The notes: generated by a model not told the origin, from the letters alone. A DNA stretch of 59,840 nt, filler included, from Sphacelaria rigidula (GCA_964200075.2; 10 parts of 10 records of this genome joined end to end with filler, not necessarily neighbours in it), one strand, 5' to 3'; counted from the first letter of the whole stretch, positions 1 to 13,599 are shown. Made by a program: numbers and translations.

Positions 1-522
1 GAGAGGGAAGTGTCCCGAGACTGAAACCGGCGAACATGCGTGCGCAAAGTACACATGGGCGGCGGTTGTTGGGGCTGTGCACCTGGAGGGATTGCGAGAC
101 GGTAACCCACGTTCATCATTCAGGTGTATACTGTAACAGAAAACAGCTCCTCTTAGATCTGGTGCCCAGGTACCTACCATGTTGGCCAGGTACGTGTTAG
201 CATAGTGTTTGCACCATATTAGCCAGGTACGTGATCGCATGGTGATTGCACTGTACTGTGTGCTGTGGCAGCGTGTTTGCACTGTGCAACTTCATACCTA
301 ACAGGACTGCTCGAACAGTTGTGCGATCATTCTATGTGAGCCCGAATAAACTTCTGACCAACATACGGGGCGGGGCTTCTATGCTGGTGTCATCCTGGCG
401 GCGAAACATGTTCAACGCCCGGCAACTGACGAATGGCCCCTAGTATGATTGATTGATATGCGGCATTGTGAAAAGTCATTGCGCGGGTCAAGTCGTACGG
501 ATTCGCTTCCGTTCCACGCCAC

Positions 523-641
523 AATGTGTCGCCACTGCATTGTCATTGTGCCGCCACTACATTGGATCATCACTAAACTACATGGGACCATCACTACACT
601 ACCTGGGACCATCACTGCACTTCAGAGGACCGTCACTACAT
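523..641. repeat. Degenerate ~21-bp minisatellite (ggaccatcactacactacctg-like)
   Basis: Units ggatcatcactaaactacatg / ggaccatcactacactacctg / ggaccatcactgcacttcaga / ggaccgtcactaca, preceded by cgccactgcattg-type units. Confidence 0.7.
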
Positions 642-1807
642 AGGTTCCTTCACGCCGAGAAATCGGGGGCAACCAGTACCGTTGATCGGCAGCAGTAGAG
701 ACGCCGATTGTAAAAGTTATTGTATGCGTGGCTCATGCCTTGACCATTTTGTTTTATTCACCCTGCTTCTACTGTAGCGTTGCGTTTGACTCTTCCCTTA
801 GCAATTGACCCATACTTCATTCTATTTCGTGTCATTCTATTATATTCTATCTTTATCTAGATTTACGTCTTTATCTATTTTTGAAGTTTCGGAATTGCAT
901 ACGAACATCGGCAGAGCGCGCACTAATACTACACCCCCCATCCGCCCCTGCCGCTTTTGCTGTTCGATTTTGCCCGCTCCGGTCGCCCTGAATGTGCTTG
1001 CGCAATGCCGCGAGTCATCCCATGGTCGTTGGTATCGCATCATACCACGTTTATATCCTCTCCCGCTGGTATTGTTTTGCTGTTGAATTTTCTCTGTCGC
1101 TATCAACTGTGTTATACTAGTGATCCCTTTCCCTCATCGTCTACATTGAGCAGTCATAGCCATCGGTGCACTATTATTGTCATTTTCTCCTTTCACCGAC
1201 TCAATCATTTTTTTTCTTCCCCTCTTTGCCCCCCTATCTGCCGTATGTTACCTCTTGATTTTCCGCCGTTTGTCTTCTCTCTTTCTACAATTTTGGTTAT
1301 ATTCTCTACTCCCCATAGCAATTTTACTTTACAGCCATCTTCGCCGTGTGTTTTTGCTACCTTCATGTTGCAAGCGTACAACCCCGCCCATCCATGGTGT
1401 TTTGTTTTGCAAATGTTTTGCTAGAGCCATTGCCTGACGTACGAAAGTACACCCCAGGTACATTTGTCTTGAGAAACCTGCGATGGCAAACTCCAGGGAC
1501 GACTACTAAGCGCAACGAAAGCCAACTCGGGATAACGGGTGAGATAGGGCGTCGACAGCGCATCAATCGTAGCCAATGGCGGTTTGCTAGACATCTAAGG
1601 AGATGGTGTAACCATATATCGGGAAGGTTGTAGCGTAAGCTTCACAGGTGGTTGAATCGGAGAAACAGAACACGCCTACTTCATCCGACAGACCTCGAAC
1701 TGGACACAGTGGCGAATGATCGTGCTCTGTAGACCCTGACCAACGCATCCAGTCTGATCGCCAGCAAGGAGACCCTTTGGGAGAACAGGTGCAATCGAAT
1801 CTGAGGG

Positions 1808-2115
1808 AGGGGTGTACTCACTTGTTGCCTGCCTCGGTCGTTCGACCATTGACCACGCATCCCCTTCGAGACGGAGCACCGCTCCTTCTCGTAATAGAGA
1901 CACCTTCAACATTCCGGCGCGCATTAAACTTCTTCCATAGCTCATTACGTTTATCCCGTACCCTGCGCAAAAACATTCTACGTAGCTAATACATCAGACG
2001 ATTCAATGCCTCCTTCGTTCACGTCCCGCATTTTTCCCTCTAGCACGTGTTGCTCCTCCTTGTACACTTCACATTGTGCCACTTTATGACGTCTGCTCTC
2101 GATTGCTTTGCCACA
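1808..2115 (-). mobile_element. 3' end of a non-LTR retrotransposon (LINE) ORF2, with C-terminal zinc-knuckle remnant and terminus
   Basis: Minus strand reads CGKAIESRRHKVAQCEVYKEE...GAPSRRGCVVNGRTTEAGNK*, then GTAC and a C-rich tract; the same terminus recurs four more times in the window. Confidence 0.75.
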
Positions 2116-2313
2116 GAGGTAGTTTTGTATATCAACTACCTCTTTCCGATTACTGGTACACTTTTTTCTTTTTTTCCTGTTCCCCCTTTTTCTCAGAGCG
2201 TGTTTCAGTTTTGTTTTTCGTGGGTACGTCTATCATGAGGCCACGGCTGGACCCCTGGGGGGTCAGTCGAAGTGCGACGATCAACCAATCAATTAATTAA
2301 TCATTCCGGCAGG

Positions 2314-2806
2314 TCCGTGCATCCAAATATCTGCTTGGCTGCTGCTCTCTGTACTGGTTTTTAGCTTGCGTCACCAATTTCACGTCCCACTTCCATACTT
2401 CTCCTGCATATTCCAGCTGTGGTATGATCAAGTTCGTCAGGATATATATCTCAATTCTGGTGTCTGAGTGCAGGTCTCTGAGGATCACGTTCATCCTTCC
2501 TATGTGTGCTTTAACGTTTATACTACCTTGTTAATTTGTGCATCCCAAGAACAGTGTTTTGAGATCTGTACGCCAAGGTATGTATATTGGTCTGGAATCG
2601 ACAGTTCCCCTCCTCCCCACTTCCACCTGAACTTCCGTGGAGTTTTCTCATCCTCGTTACAGACGAGCATCGCGCATATTTTCACATTCGTTATCACTCT
2701 CATTCGCTGCTCGCTGTCACTCTCCATTGCCTACAGTAGTGTATTCTTGCGTCTTGTCTATCTGTTTTTGCAATCCTTCCACTGTTTCTGAAATCCCCAC
2801 AAAACC
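2314..2806 (-). pseudogene. Degenerate LINE reverse transcriptase fragment (just after YADD through the thumb)
   Basis: FVGISETVEGLQKQIDK, NVKICAMLV, DQYTYLGVQIS, WDAQINKV, IIPQLEYAGEVW in shifting frames. Confidence 0.85.
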
Positions 2807-5800
2807 GTTGGAACTGGGGGAAAAACGACGGCCGAAACGGTAGGTGAGAGGGGATCTGAGTACGAGATAAAAGCGATACCTGGGAGTCGATGCGGAGGAG
2901 CTGCCGGCGGTTCCCAAAATAATGATGAGCACTTGAAAATTTAGCAGTAGGCGCCACCCTTTCCACGATACGTGACCGCTCTCTTTCGTCAAGAAGTACG
3001 AAAGATATCAGGCAAGATGGGCTGTCATGCCGTTGCAGGAGGCCCAAGAGGTCTAGCAGTCGCGAAACGCCCATCAGGTAGGGGCGTGCGGTAGACCCAT
3101 GGGGCGAGGTGATCAACTTGCCAAGAATTGAGGTAATGTTGCACTCACATACGCATACATCTGCAGGTACTTGACCTTGCTTCTCGATCCCCAATTGATT
3201 TTCCACAGCCATCAAAACAAGTCAACGGGGTAGTCAGTGCCCCTGCAGAATGTGCCTAACTTGCGGTGCTCCTTAATTGATTCGCGGAACAGAGGCGAAG
3301 AATTTAGCGTGGAGGTAGCAACCCATTTGGGCAGGTGACTGAAAGAAGGTATTTCTTTCCGAAGCGTCAGATCTCCCACACGGTAAGAACACAGTCGTGA
3401 GACCAGGAGGATGTATGCTGGATATTATGTTGTCAGAGCTTTGCAAGTCAGGTGGGGTGAACACGTCTTATTCGCCCCTTGAACCAAGCGCATATTGCTT
3501 GACACGCTGCTCCCTTCCCCGAGTTGCCGTGTCGACGCAAAAACACACACATCTAAGCTGACCTTCACGTATATCACAAGAAGCAGAAGCGAGTGCAGGA
3601 CTGGACCCTTTCGCAGAACAGCGCGAATAGCACCTATGCGAGGTAAGACTGGTGATTGATCCGGAAGGTGAGATCTCAATGTCGGGATGGCCACGGCAGG
3701 AAATTGCAGCACTAGTATACGGTACATGGAAAGTTGGCAAGGATTATTGACGGCACGCGGTCTGGAGGTGGTGATGCAAGGACACAAAATGCGTACGCGC
3801 AAGATATTCCGCCTAGTCTGCTTGAACACCAGACTTTCAGGCGACGCTAACCTTTAATACCCCACACCCCACCCCCTTACCCTGAAACACCCTCGCGAGT
3901 CTAAATCCAGAAAAAACAGGGTGAAAAATAGCGAGCAAAGGCCCAGGATGGAACAATGTCAGAGAGACTACCAGGAAGCAGAGTCCTGGAAAGCCTGATG
4001 CTTCCCGAGTGGACGGGTTCCACGCCCTTTGGCATCTGCACCACCCAGCCACGGCATGAAGTATGCTACCCCGCCCGATCACGCCATGTCCCTCAGTCGC
4101 GCAGTGATGTGTTCTGAACTTGTTCCCCATAGGTTTCGCATTCCGAGAGGATTTTGACGGAGCTCAGCAAAAAGGACAAGTGTTCGACGACAGTGAACGC
4201 TTCGGAAGAGTGATGAGACGACGAAGACTGCGCGGAGTCTTAAAATGAAGAGCTCCAGCAAGTGGCCGAGACGAGCGAGCCGTTGGCATTGAGCGAGCGA
4301 AACAGAGAAAAGCATTAATACTGTACGAAGGAAAGCAGGAGACCGTTTTGTGGTGCATGACAAGAGCGAGCAGCGCTTTGTATTTGTATTTGTAGTTTTT
4401 ATATAGTATTAAGCAGTAGTTCAGTACTGTTTATTTTTCTTCATTGGAACAGCTCTTCAGTATTTACTCTTTTTCTACTCTCTTCCGGTCTGTTTTCATT
4501 CGTGTCTTCCCGTTGATCATAAGCTCGGTTATATATCTTGTATCGTTCCCGGCTATATTTTCTCACCTTATAACGTTTGATGTTGATTTTTTTTGGGGGG
4601 GACCGCCTTCTCGATTTGTTTGCCTCGTTTTTTTCGGATCAGGACTTCCCCCTTAGACCCTCATTTTTGTGTTCTCTGTTCGGTTTTCCAGTCTGGATTC
4701 CATTTGTTCTTTTTCCCTCAACCGTTCTGATTTCTCTTGATTTCGTAGGACCTGATCCTCTTTCTCGTGTCAGTCCTTTTTTCTTTCTTTTTTCTAACTG
4801 TTTTCATGTTTTATGAATCGTTATTTTCGTACTAGGGACGTGGTATGTCCTTCCTAGTTTCCCTTCATGTTTTAGTTTCCTTTCTCCTCTTCTCCTTTGT
4901 TGTGGGCCTGGCTCGTTCCTCCAGCACTATATTTCGGTTTCTCTTTTCCTCTCCACCTTTTCGCGGAGTTGTTCTTGCTCCGCTCTTTGTTTTATTATCC
5001 CGGTCTTGCATTTCATGGAGATTGTTTATTTCTTGGTTTTGTCAGACCTGATCCTACCCTTTGTTGCATGTACCCGGTTCGTTCATCACGTTTCTTCGTC
5101 CTCGGAGAACGTTGATCCGATTCTAGGGTGCCCCTCCCCTTTCGAGTAGAGCATATCATATCGTGGAGTGAGCATTGTACAAAAAGGGTGGGCACCGAGT
5201 ACCTGCTTAGACACTGTACCATGACGGAACTATTGATGTAAGATATAGGAGTCCCCCTGTGTCCAGTAGGTCAGTTGCTGCTGGTCGGTGAGAGAAAAGC
5301 CTACGCACTGCCATCAGCCAGTAAGCGCTTTCTTGGGGTTTTTTCAGTGGGTCAGCTCTTTTTGCGAGTCCTACACTACCCGGAATTGTAAATCAATCAA
5401 GGGTGTCAAAGCGCCGTCACCATCGGAAAACAGTCACCGACTATTCTCCGTGGTTTCTGTTTCCAGTGTAACTGGGATCCCGGGACGACATAGCACATGC
5501 GAAAGCACTCGCTATGATCCGAAAGGGCGTGAAAAGCAATTCCCCAAGCGATGAGGCTTTTTCCTGAAAACCAGGTTTTGCCCATCCTTCCAATTTCATG
5601 ACCAGTTTTTCCCGCGGTTAATCTTAGCCCCGAAATTCTGCGGTTTTCTCGTCGCTACCGTGATCTTAGGCTGATGGCATAAAAAGTAGAGGGAATTTCC
5701 CCGGAATGCATTAAGCTGTGACTTTCCTTACCTTCCATTAGCAGCGTGCACGAAGCAAGGGAGGGGGGTGTTACGGCGGATATCGACTGTATATGTAGTA

Positions 5801-5894
5801 GGCGTTTTGCAGTATGCGTGGCAAGTGCAGTAGATCTTATTCCATTCGCATTTTGGTGTTATATTCCAATCGGGCGTCCTTGACCAGAGCCCAC

Positions 5895-5994
5895 NNNNNN
5901 NNNNNNNNNNNNNNNNNNNNNNNNNNNNNNNNNNNNNNTTAATTAATTAANNNNNNNNNNNNNNNNNNNNNNNNNNNNNNNNNNNNNNNNNNNN
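5895..5994. other. Artificial 100-bp join N44-TTAATTAATTAA-N44. Same spacer at 11889-11988, 17883-17982, 23877-23976, 29871-29970, 35865-35964, 41859-41958, 47853-47952, 53847-53946
   Basis: Identical spacer every 5,994 bp; 10x5894+9x100=59840; the 12-mer puts stops in all six frames. Confidence 0.98.
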
Positions 5995-6025
5995 ACGCGG
6001 GGTATTGCGCGTTTCCCAAACACCG

Positions 6026-9000
6026 TCAGGTGGTACGTTTGGCATCGGTAGAGTCATGGGTCCCATTCTGACGGGATGTGTTCGGGGTAGTAGATGTGTT
6101 TGTGGGGGGGCTAGGAGTCTGATGTGGCGGTTGAAACGCGCCAGAATGGGCGGGGGCTACGTGAGAGGGGGCCGCGTTAGCGGGCTGAGCGTGATAGTAG
6201 GCATGTTGGTATTGAGGGGGGGCACGAGTGCCGCCATCATAGTGGCGATTACCGCGCCGGGAGCGTTGGTATGAATTCCGGGCGCCGCTGGGTTGAGGGC
6301 GACGATACGACCTCATATATGCTTGCCAAGTTGGCCAAAAGTGCTCAAACTGGGGCTTGGAGAACATGGTGTTGAGTACGCCAAATGCGTTTGTGAACGG
6401 GGCTTCGCAGTGGCGCATGGAGTACGTGGGAACTTGACCGTTGGCGGAGTACCCCGTTTGAGGATTGAATCAAATGCCACAGTTCAGGCAGTGATCTTTG
6501 CAGCGGCGAATTACATCTGATCGAAGGTTAGGGTCTTCGGAACTGGCCCAGAGGGGGGGGTCTGTTGTGTTCATCGAAGTGCTTACCTGAAACACTTCCG
6601 GCCAAATTTCCGTCGCGAAGGGCCAGCTTGGAAGACGACTGTTGAATGCGTCGGGGGTGTGTGCGAACATGACCTCCCCAGTAGAGGCCATAGACGCAGG
6701 AATCCACGGGCGTTGGTTTGTTTTAGAAGGCGGTGGTTGGGAGTGACACGCAGGTGGGGCGGCAACCGGGTGAGGCAAAAGGGTGGCGGAAGCATCGTGG
6801 CCGTGCCGTACAGAAGGGCCGTTGTGGGTTGCGGAGGAGCCACTCTGTTTTGCATCCGTCACATCTGATACCGGAGTGCGGTTGGACCGGAGTTCATCTC
6901 ATTTCGTCCACATGGCGTCCAAGACGGTTGGCATGAGGCTAGGGTATTGGCGTCCCATATTGGAGCGGAAAAGACTCATCACCATTTCTTGTGATGGGAC
7001 AGGTTCGCTGCCACCGTTTACCGTAACCGAAATTAGAGTGCGAAATTCCTTGAGGTAGTGGTCAAAAGGGGTGTCGACGGGTACCTTAAAGGATAGTAGG
7101 CGTTCGAGTGACTCGCCTTCGTGGGTGGTGTCCAGGGATGAACTGATGAGTCTGACGAGGAGGGTGAAAGCGGTGTAACCGCCATTACCGAGAGTGAGGG
7201 AGCGTGCGGCTTGTGCGAAGTGGTGGTCAAGCATATTGGACAATTTAGATGCCTCGGGAGAGCTGAAATCTATGGCATCCTCCAAAGGCGTTTGTAAAGG
7301 TCGAAGCCAGCCATCTACCCAATCATTGGTCTCAAGGTCGACGAATGTGTCGTCGCAGTGTGAGAGGATATCAGTAACTACAGTAGTGAGGGATTGTCGT
7401 AACTGGCTGCAGGAAAGGTTTACATCACATCCGGCAGGAAAGGGTAGTGAAGGACTTTGCCTACAAATTTCGGGTCCAAATGTTTGTACTGGTGGCGTAC
7501 AGCCTGAATGTGTGCCTGTCGGTCCGTGGAAGAGGGGGAAGGTTCACTGGATTGAGGGATGGGAGCCGAGGGGGCAAACTGTACGCGGCGGTTAGCAGGT
7601 TTGGTGGCATCCTTCGCTTGTTTGACTTTGATCTGAGAGTGACGCTGTTTGGCGACTGTGGATGATAGCGGAAGGAAATCGCGCAAAGTGGGGGGCGTCG
7701 GACGTGAGGCGGTGGAACTTGTGTCATTATGAGATCCGTCAGTGCTGCCCGACTCACTGTCGAATGAAGGGCGACGGTGGCGGCGAGATCGTGACTGCTG
7801 CGAAATGTGAGATTTACCACTATCCTTGGGACGGTTTTTTCCTTTCCCTTGGACAGTCCAACTGCCGCCACTGTCCATTGAATTGTGCCCTACGTGACCT
7901 GTCTGAAGGTGACTAGTGGTAGTAGGGTATGAACGGTCCGTACCATCAGCAGGGTCGTGTACTGTCATGCGTACCTGCTCAATTTCCGTGAATAGCCCGA
8001 TGAGGGACCCGACGCACTCATGCCGTAACGCGAGACTAATTTCGGAACGTGGGTTGGAACGGATGCATTGAACGACGCCTGCTAAAGTTACGGTCTCGGT
8101 GTGTTCCGGGAACCAATTGAGGATCTTGATTGAATTGTCAGTGACTGGAACATTGAGACGCTGTGCCTGACACGCGTAGGTAAGAAGGGCGTCAGGGTCG
8201 TGGAAAACATCGTAGAGGGGAACAGCTGCCAAAGTTTCTACACCAGAGAGATCAAGTCCGTCGGAAAGAGTAGCCTTAGGCACCAGGATTGGGTGAGTGG
8301 GTTTAGTGGAGAGTGATTGGTTCGCTGTGGGGGCAAATGTAGGGGGCGTTTTGCCGCGGGGAACTTGGGGGGGCACACCAAGCGTGGTTGAAACGCCGGG
8401 GGCGATCGTCTCAGGTGGCATGGGAGGGAGTCCCGTTGCGAGAGGGGTGACATTCGGAGTGGCGTTGGAAAGTGCAGGTGAACCAGTGGATGAGTGATCG
8501 GAATCGGATTCAATGTCGATGGGGTCGCGGGTGAGCAGACGTAACTGTTTCATCTGCCCATCGAGTGAGGATTGAGTGACGGAAATGCGATAGGTAGATT
8601 GTTTTGCCGTCGTATTGTGCTGTTGTAAAGCTTGTTGAAATTGGGCTTTAGCCGCCTGCAAAGGTTTGGCGGTTTGCCGGAGGAGGCGGGCTTCCTTGTT
8701 CTGCCCGTCCGCCAAGGCTTTGCGTTTGGCTTCGACCGCACGACGGACGCGCTGGATTTCTTGAGCGCGCTCGAAAGCTTCACGGTTCTTACGTTCTACT
8801 TGCGCTTGTACCGTCTGGGCCAACAAGTCGTCCCAGTACGCGGCTTGTTCTTCGCGGGAAAATTTGTCCCACGCGTGGGCTGGAATAGCAGCGGGACGGC
8901 TATGTTTGAACTGGGTCTTAGCTTTGTCACGTGCTTTCTTGGGTAGGCGCGTAGACGGGTTTTTTTCTTACGCACGACCACTCGTCGAGGCTACATCAGA

Positions 9001-9315
9001 GGCGTAGGGCTCAGCAGGGGAATGATCACAAACCGAATGGTCACCACTAGCAGTAGAGTCGACGTGTCTAGTGTCACTGGGAAAAGTGTGAGCGGGGGCG
9101 GCACACAGTGGGAAATCAAGGCCCGGCTGTACGTCGGGCACCGTAGAGAGGTGAATTCCTCCCGACTGAGATTGGGCATCATCATCATCCTCTACACTTC
9201 CAATGACTGGATCATGCACTATGGTGTCCGACGCAAGCAGTGGTTCACCAGATTCGGAAGAGGATGTGCCTTCTTCATCGGCACGTAGCTCTAGCGAAGC
9301 CGGGGAATTAGACAT
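6026..9315 (-). pseudogene. Long disrupted gag-like ORF of a retroelement (low-complexity N-terminus, coiled coil, capsid-like region, C-terminal CLNC knuckle remnant)
   Basis: ORFs 8968-9690 and 7420-8826 share a frame split by one TAA; frameshift near 7460 into 6899-7285 (PFDHYLKEFRTLIS...RQYPSLMPT); then CLNCG...HCEAPFTN...WPTWQAYMR. No introns; duplicated in cis. Confidence 0.6.
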
Positions 9316-10587
9316 TGCTTGTGTACCTGCGCGGCTGCACGTCACAGTCAGTGTGGAAAGAAGGAGGGTGATGAGTGACCGGGGTGTTGCATTGGAATTG
9401 GAAGAGGCAAATAATCTATTGTAGGAGGCTGTGGGCGTGGTGGGGTTCGGCCAGTCCCCCGTTAAAGACAGGGAGGGGCGATCTAAACAGGCATGAGAGA
9501 GAGGGTGCGGACGAGTTGTCCAGACCGGAGTCCACGAAATGTACTGTATGAACACAGGACCTTGGGAAGAGGGTGGTGCTGAAGTGTTATCACGGATGTT
9601 GGGTTCACATACATAGTACAGGGTGGGGTCGGGTGATGTACAGTCAACACCCAGGCTGGGCACAAAAAAAAAGTGCTGCACGGTGAGCATATTTGAGACA
9701 GCAAGAGACGGTCAACATTAGCTACTGAAGAATAAAAGGCCGGGGGTACATGCAGCGGGGTGAGTGTAGCGAAAGGGTGCACGCTGATACAGTGCCGGTG
9801 GTGGTAGAAAAGAGTTGGGATGTGATGATGTACGAGCAGCTCATGGGGGAAAATATGGAGCGAGGCAGGGGAGTCACGGTATAAACTGGACTCTATCTGG
9901 TGACTCGCATTCACTACAGAGTAGATGGGTATCATGACTGGGGCAGTTGTTACAGATAGGCAGCTGGGATGAGAAGATGAGGATGGTGGGGGGGCAAGTG
10001 CTATTGCTCGCGTACGTTCGCGTCGGAGGCGGCGCAGGGTGCGAGCGTCTAGTGTAGCAGAGGCCCTTGAACTCATTTTGCCAGGGATAGAGGACAGAAC
10101 AACAACTACAGACGGGTAGACGATGAACAAACGAAAGAGACGCGCATGCAAGGCACACAGTGGTGGTGTTTGTACACGCCAGGTCGGCAGTCTGAACACA
10201 ACGCAACTAAAAACAAAGTACAGCAGAGGCAGTGCGGGAGCTCCAACTGTGATTTGTAGGGGGTGAAAGCACCTTGTGGGGGTTATAATGGTGTTCACTC
10301 CGAGATTGTTCCAGGTTCAGACCTCTGCGTACGTTGTTTGGTCACTCAGTTCAGCAACGCAAGCTGATCCCAGTTGTTTCACAAAGGAGACAACGAGCAA
10401 ATAATACAGCCCAGAATAGCACACTTTTATCCAGCAGTTGATTGTATCCGAGCTTCATCTACAGCTCAGTTATAGCACACATTTGTAAAACAAACCGAAA
10501 CAGGCCAAAGCCTTGATCAATAAAATACACCAGACAAAAACAGCAGCCCGACTACTGCTTTTTATCTCTGGGACTCACTTTCTCGAG

Positions 10588-11888
10588 GCAGGTGAACCAG
10601 TGGATGAGTGATCAGAATCGGATTCAATGTCGATGGGGTCGCGGGTGAGCAGACGTAACTGTTTCATCTGCTCATCGAGTGAGGATTGAGTGACGGAAAT
10701 GCGATAAGTAGATTGTTCTGCCGTCGTATTGTGCTGTTGTAAAGCTTGTTCATATTGGGCTTTAGCCGCCTGCAAAGTTTTGGCGGTTTGCCGGAGGAGG
10801 CGGGCTTCCTTGTTCTGCCCGTCCGCCAAGGCTTTGCGTTTGGCTTCGACCGCACGACGGACGCGCTGGATTTCTTGAGCGCGCTCGAAAGTTTCACGGT
10901 TCTTACGTTCTACTTGCGCTTGTACCGTCTGGGCCAACAAGTCGTCCCAGTACGCGGCTTGTTCTTCGCGGGAAAATTTGTCCCACGCGTGGGCTGGAAT
11001 AGCAGCGGGACGGCTATGTTTGAACTGGGTCTTAGCTTTGTCACGTGCTTTCTTGGGTAGGCGCGTAGACGGGGTTTTTTCTGACGCACGACCACTCGTC
11101 GAGGCTACGACATCAGAGGCGTAGGGCTCAGCAGGGGAATGATCACAAACCGAATGGTCACCACTAGCAGTAGAGTCGACGTGTCTAGTGTCACTGGGAA
11201 AAGTGTGAGCGGGGGCGGCATACAGTGGGAAATCAAGGCCCGGCTGCACGTCGGGCACCGTAGAGAGGGGAATTCCTCCCGACTGAGATTGGGCATCATC
11301 ATCATTCTCTACACTTCCAATGACTGGATCATGCAATATGGTGTCCGACGCAAGCAGTGGTTCACCGGATTCGGAAGAGGATGTGCCTTCTTCATCGGCA
11401 CGTAGCTCTAGCGAAGCCGGGGAATTTTGCTTGTGTACCTGCGCGGGTGCGCGTCACAGTCAGTGTAGAAAGAAGGGGGGTGATGAGTGACCGGGGTGTT
11501 GCGTTGGAATTGGAAGAGGCAAATAATATATTGTAGGAGGCTGTGGGCGTGGTGGGGTTCGGCCAGTCCCCCGTTAAAGACAGGGAGGGGCGATCTAAAC
11601 AGGCATGAGAGAGAGGGTGCGGACGAGTTGTCCAGACCAGAGTCCACGAAATGTACTGGATGAACACAGGACCTTGGGAAGAGGGTGGTGCTGAAGTGTT
11701 ATTACGGATGTTGGGTTCACATACATAGTACAGAGTGGGGTCGGGTGATGTACAGTCAACACCCAGGCTGGGCACAAAAAAAAGTGCTGCACGGTGAGCA
11801 TATTTTGAGACAGCAAGAGACGGTCAACATTAGCTACTGAAGAATAAAAGGCCGGGGGTACATGCAGCGGGGTGGGTGTAGCGAAAGG
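10588..11888 (-). repeat. Second copy of 8474-9776 (direct repeat, offset 2,114 bp, cut by the end of the piece)
   Basis: Near-identical over ~1.3 kb with scattered SNPs, a 5-bp deletion and a 3-bp insertion. Confidence 0.95.
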
Positions 11889-11988
11889 NNNNNNNNNNNN
11901 NNNNNNNNNNNNNNNNNNNNNNNNNNNNNNNNTTAATTAATTAANNNNNNNNNNNNNNNNNNNNNNNNNNNNNNNNNNNNNNNNNNNN

Positions 11989-12051
11989 CTCATTTGTTGC
12001 TTGCCTTAGTCATTTGACCATTGACCACGCATCCCTTTCGAGATGGAGCAC
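11989..12051 (-). mobile_element. Short (~63-bp) copy of the LINE 3' terminus
   Basis: ctcatttgttgcttgccttagtcatttgaccattgaccacgcatccctttcgagatggagcac matches 1817-1879. Confidence 0.85.
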
Positions 12052-12058
12052 TTGTACC

Positions 12059-12192
12059 GGGGGGGGGGGTACTCATTCGTTGCTTGCTTTGGCCGTTTGA
12101 CCATTGACCATGCATCCCTTTCGAGACGGAGCACCGCTCCTACTCCTGATAGAGACACCTTCAACATTTAGGCACTCATTACGTTTCTTCCA
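12059..12192 (-). mobile_element. 5'-truncated LINE 3' terminus ending at a G11 run (C11 in element sense)
   Basis: G11-tactcattcgttgcttgc...gagacaccttcaacatt matches 1812-1912. Confidence 0.85.
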
Positions 12193-12769
12193 TATATTAC
12201 ACAAAACCTTTTACATATCTTATCCCCGTCCTGGGAGCGGGTGGGGCGGGGTCGTATTTCGAACGAACGAAACGACTTCTACACCAAGTAAGTACAGCTT
12301 GCCGAGATTTGTATGGCGGGAGAAGTACAACCAACGAATATTTCGACAAAAAAAGTATGTCGCCTTTGAGCTGCGCTCAATATTTGTAGACACGGCAACC
12401 TCGAGGATCTGGCATCGAACACAATTTTGAGGCCGTACAAGGCACAGGTAATGGAGGATGGAATCAGGTGTTGTGAGGAACACGTGTCGAGATTCCAATT
12501 GAAAACCATGTTAGTATCGATTATAGTACAGAAAAACGCCACTCAGTTCAACGTGTGATTCAAGTGCACAGGTTGCTGGTTCGTTCTCATGCCTTGCGAG
12601 TTTTGAATTCACAGGGTGTCAGCTCGCTCATCTCGTGCGTAGCACAACGGTTCTTTCCCTTCATGTTGAACCGCGCCATCTCCCCATAATTTACATACGC
12701 TCAGCAGCAATACTGAGTTTGGCAATAGTGCATTGGCTAATTGTACCAGCAGACAACGATTCTTCTCAC

Positions 12770-12865
12770 CCCGTCCCACCTCCAAGTTCTACTCTCGTCT
12801 TCAAGCCCTTTCCTGTCCGTTTCGACACATCCCCAGCATATCTCCGAAAGAACCTCGTTCAGAAC
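12770..12865 (-). CDS. Exon 2 of an uncharacterised HAD-like protein (VLNEVLSEICWGCVE...)
   Basis: cgcag acceptor and gtgag donor, 96 bp, phase 0, in register with the upstream exon. Confidence 0.65.
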
Positions 12866-13599
12866 CTGCGATTTATTGTATTCAGTAGCGGCGACGCCTT
12901 TTGATACTTTGGCCGAATTGTAGCCAAGTGACGCGCAAAGCGATTCTTCGTGGTTGCTTGCGCAAAGGTTGCACTTTGAGGCGATCCCAACTGCAGAGAA
13001 AACCGGGTTGGGCACGTTGTCGTGGCATGGCGCCTTGACCATCACGAACAACCCAGCCATTTTCGCGCAATTGAAACAAGCTGAAAACCATGTTGCGCTT
13101 TTTCTGAATCCAACAGGGCGATGACTTGGGACAAAAGGGGAGGCGTACCCATCCTTTTCACGCCCCGACTCGTGGGCCATCGTACATGGTCCACGAGCCT
13201 TTGAGAGAAGAGGACTTTGTTTTCAGTCGAGCGATGGTCGACGGGTCATCTCTCCTCCCTAGGTTGCCTCAGGGAGCAAAACCTTCACACTATGCCACCA
13301 CCTACAGAACACCTGAGCCCTATCTTTTTCTTGCGGGCAATTTTGTTTACCCTGGTGCCGGTAGAAAGGAGAACAGCAAGTAAAATGGAGAATGGCTGTA
13401 GCGTGGCATATTACCACGGACCCAGTGCGAAGCAGGCCTTTTGATATCCCGGGGAGGTTTGCGTAAGGGAGCTAACTGATGATGGGCTTTTGAGGACGGA
13501 AATCCGCAACAAGGTTCATCAGCTGAGACAAACGTCAAAATGCGTAGCCCGCCAAAAGAGGACAAACGCCTTTTTCCGACCGTACAAGCGTGCACTCAC

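Noticed and set aside
523..641. Short repeats as a CRISPR array
   Set aside because: Tandem units with no unique spacers, eukaryotic context, no cas genes
2238..2302. gaggccacggctgga...aatcaattaattaatc as a + strand LINE tail
   Set aside because: Plausible (AATC)n-type tail but single copy here with no TSD found
2820..5100. Possible further LINE or other TE remnants and a long T-rich tract
   Set aside because: Only vague resemblance to LINE C-termini and 3' UTRs; no diagnostic motif I can defend
5939..5950. Regularly spaced TTAATTAATTAA as a biological repeat or CRISPR-like array
   Set aside because: Always centred in N-runs at a fixed period; a synthetic six-frame stop linker
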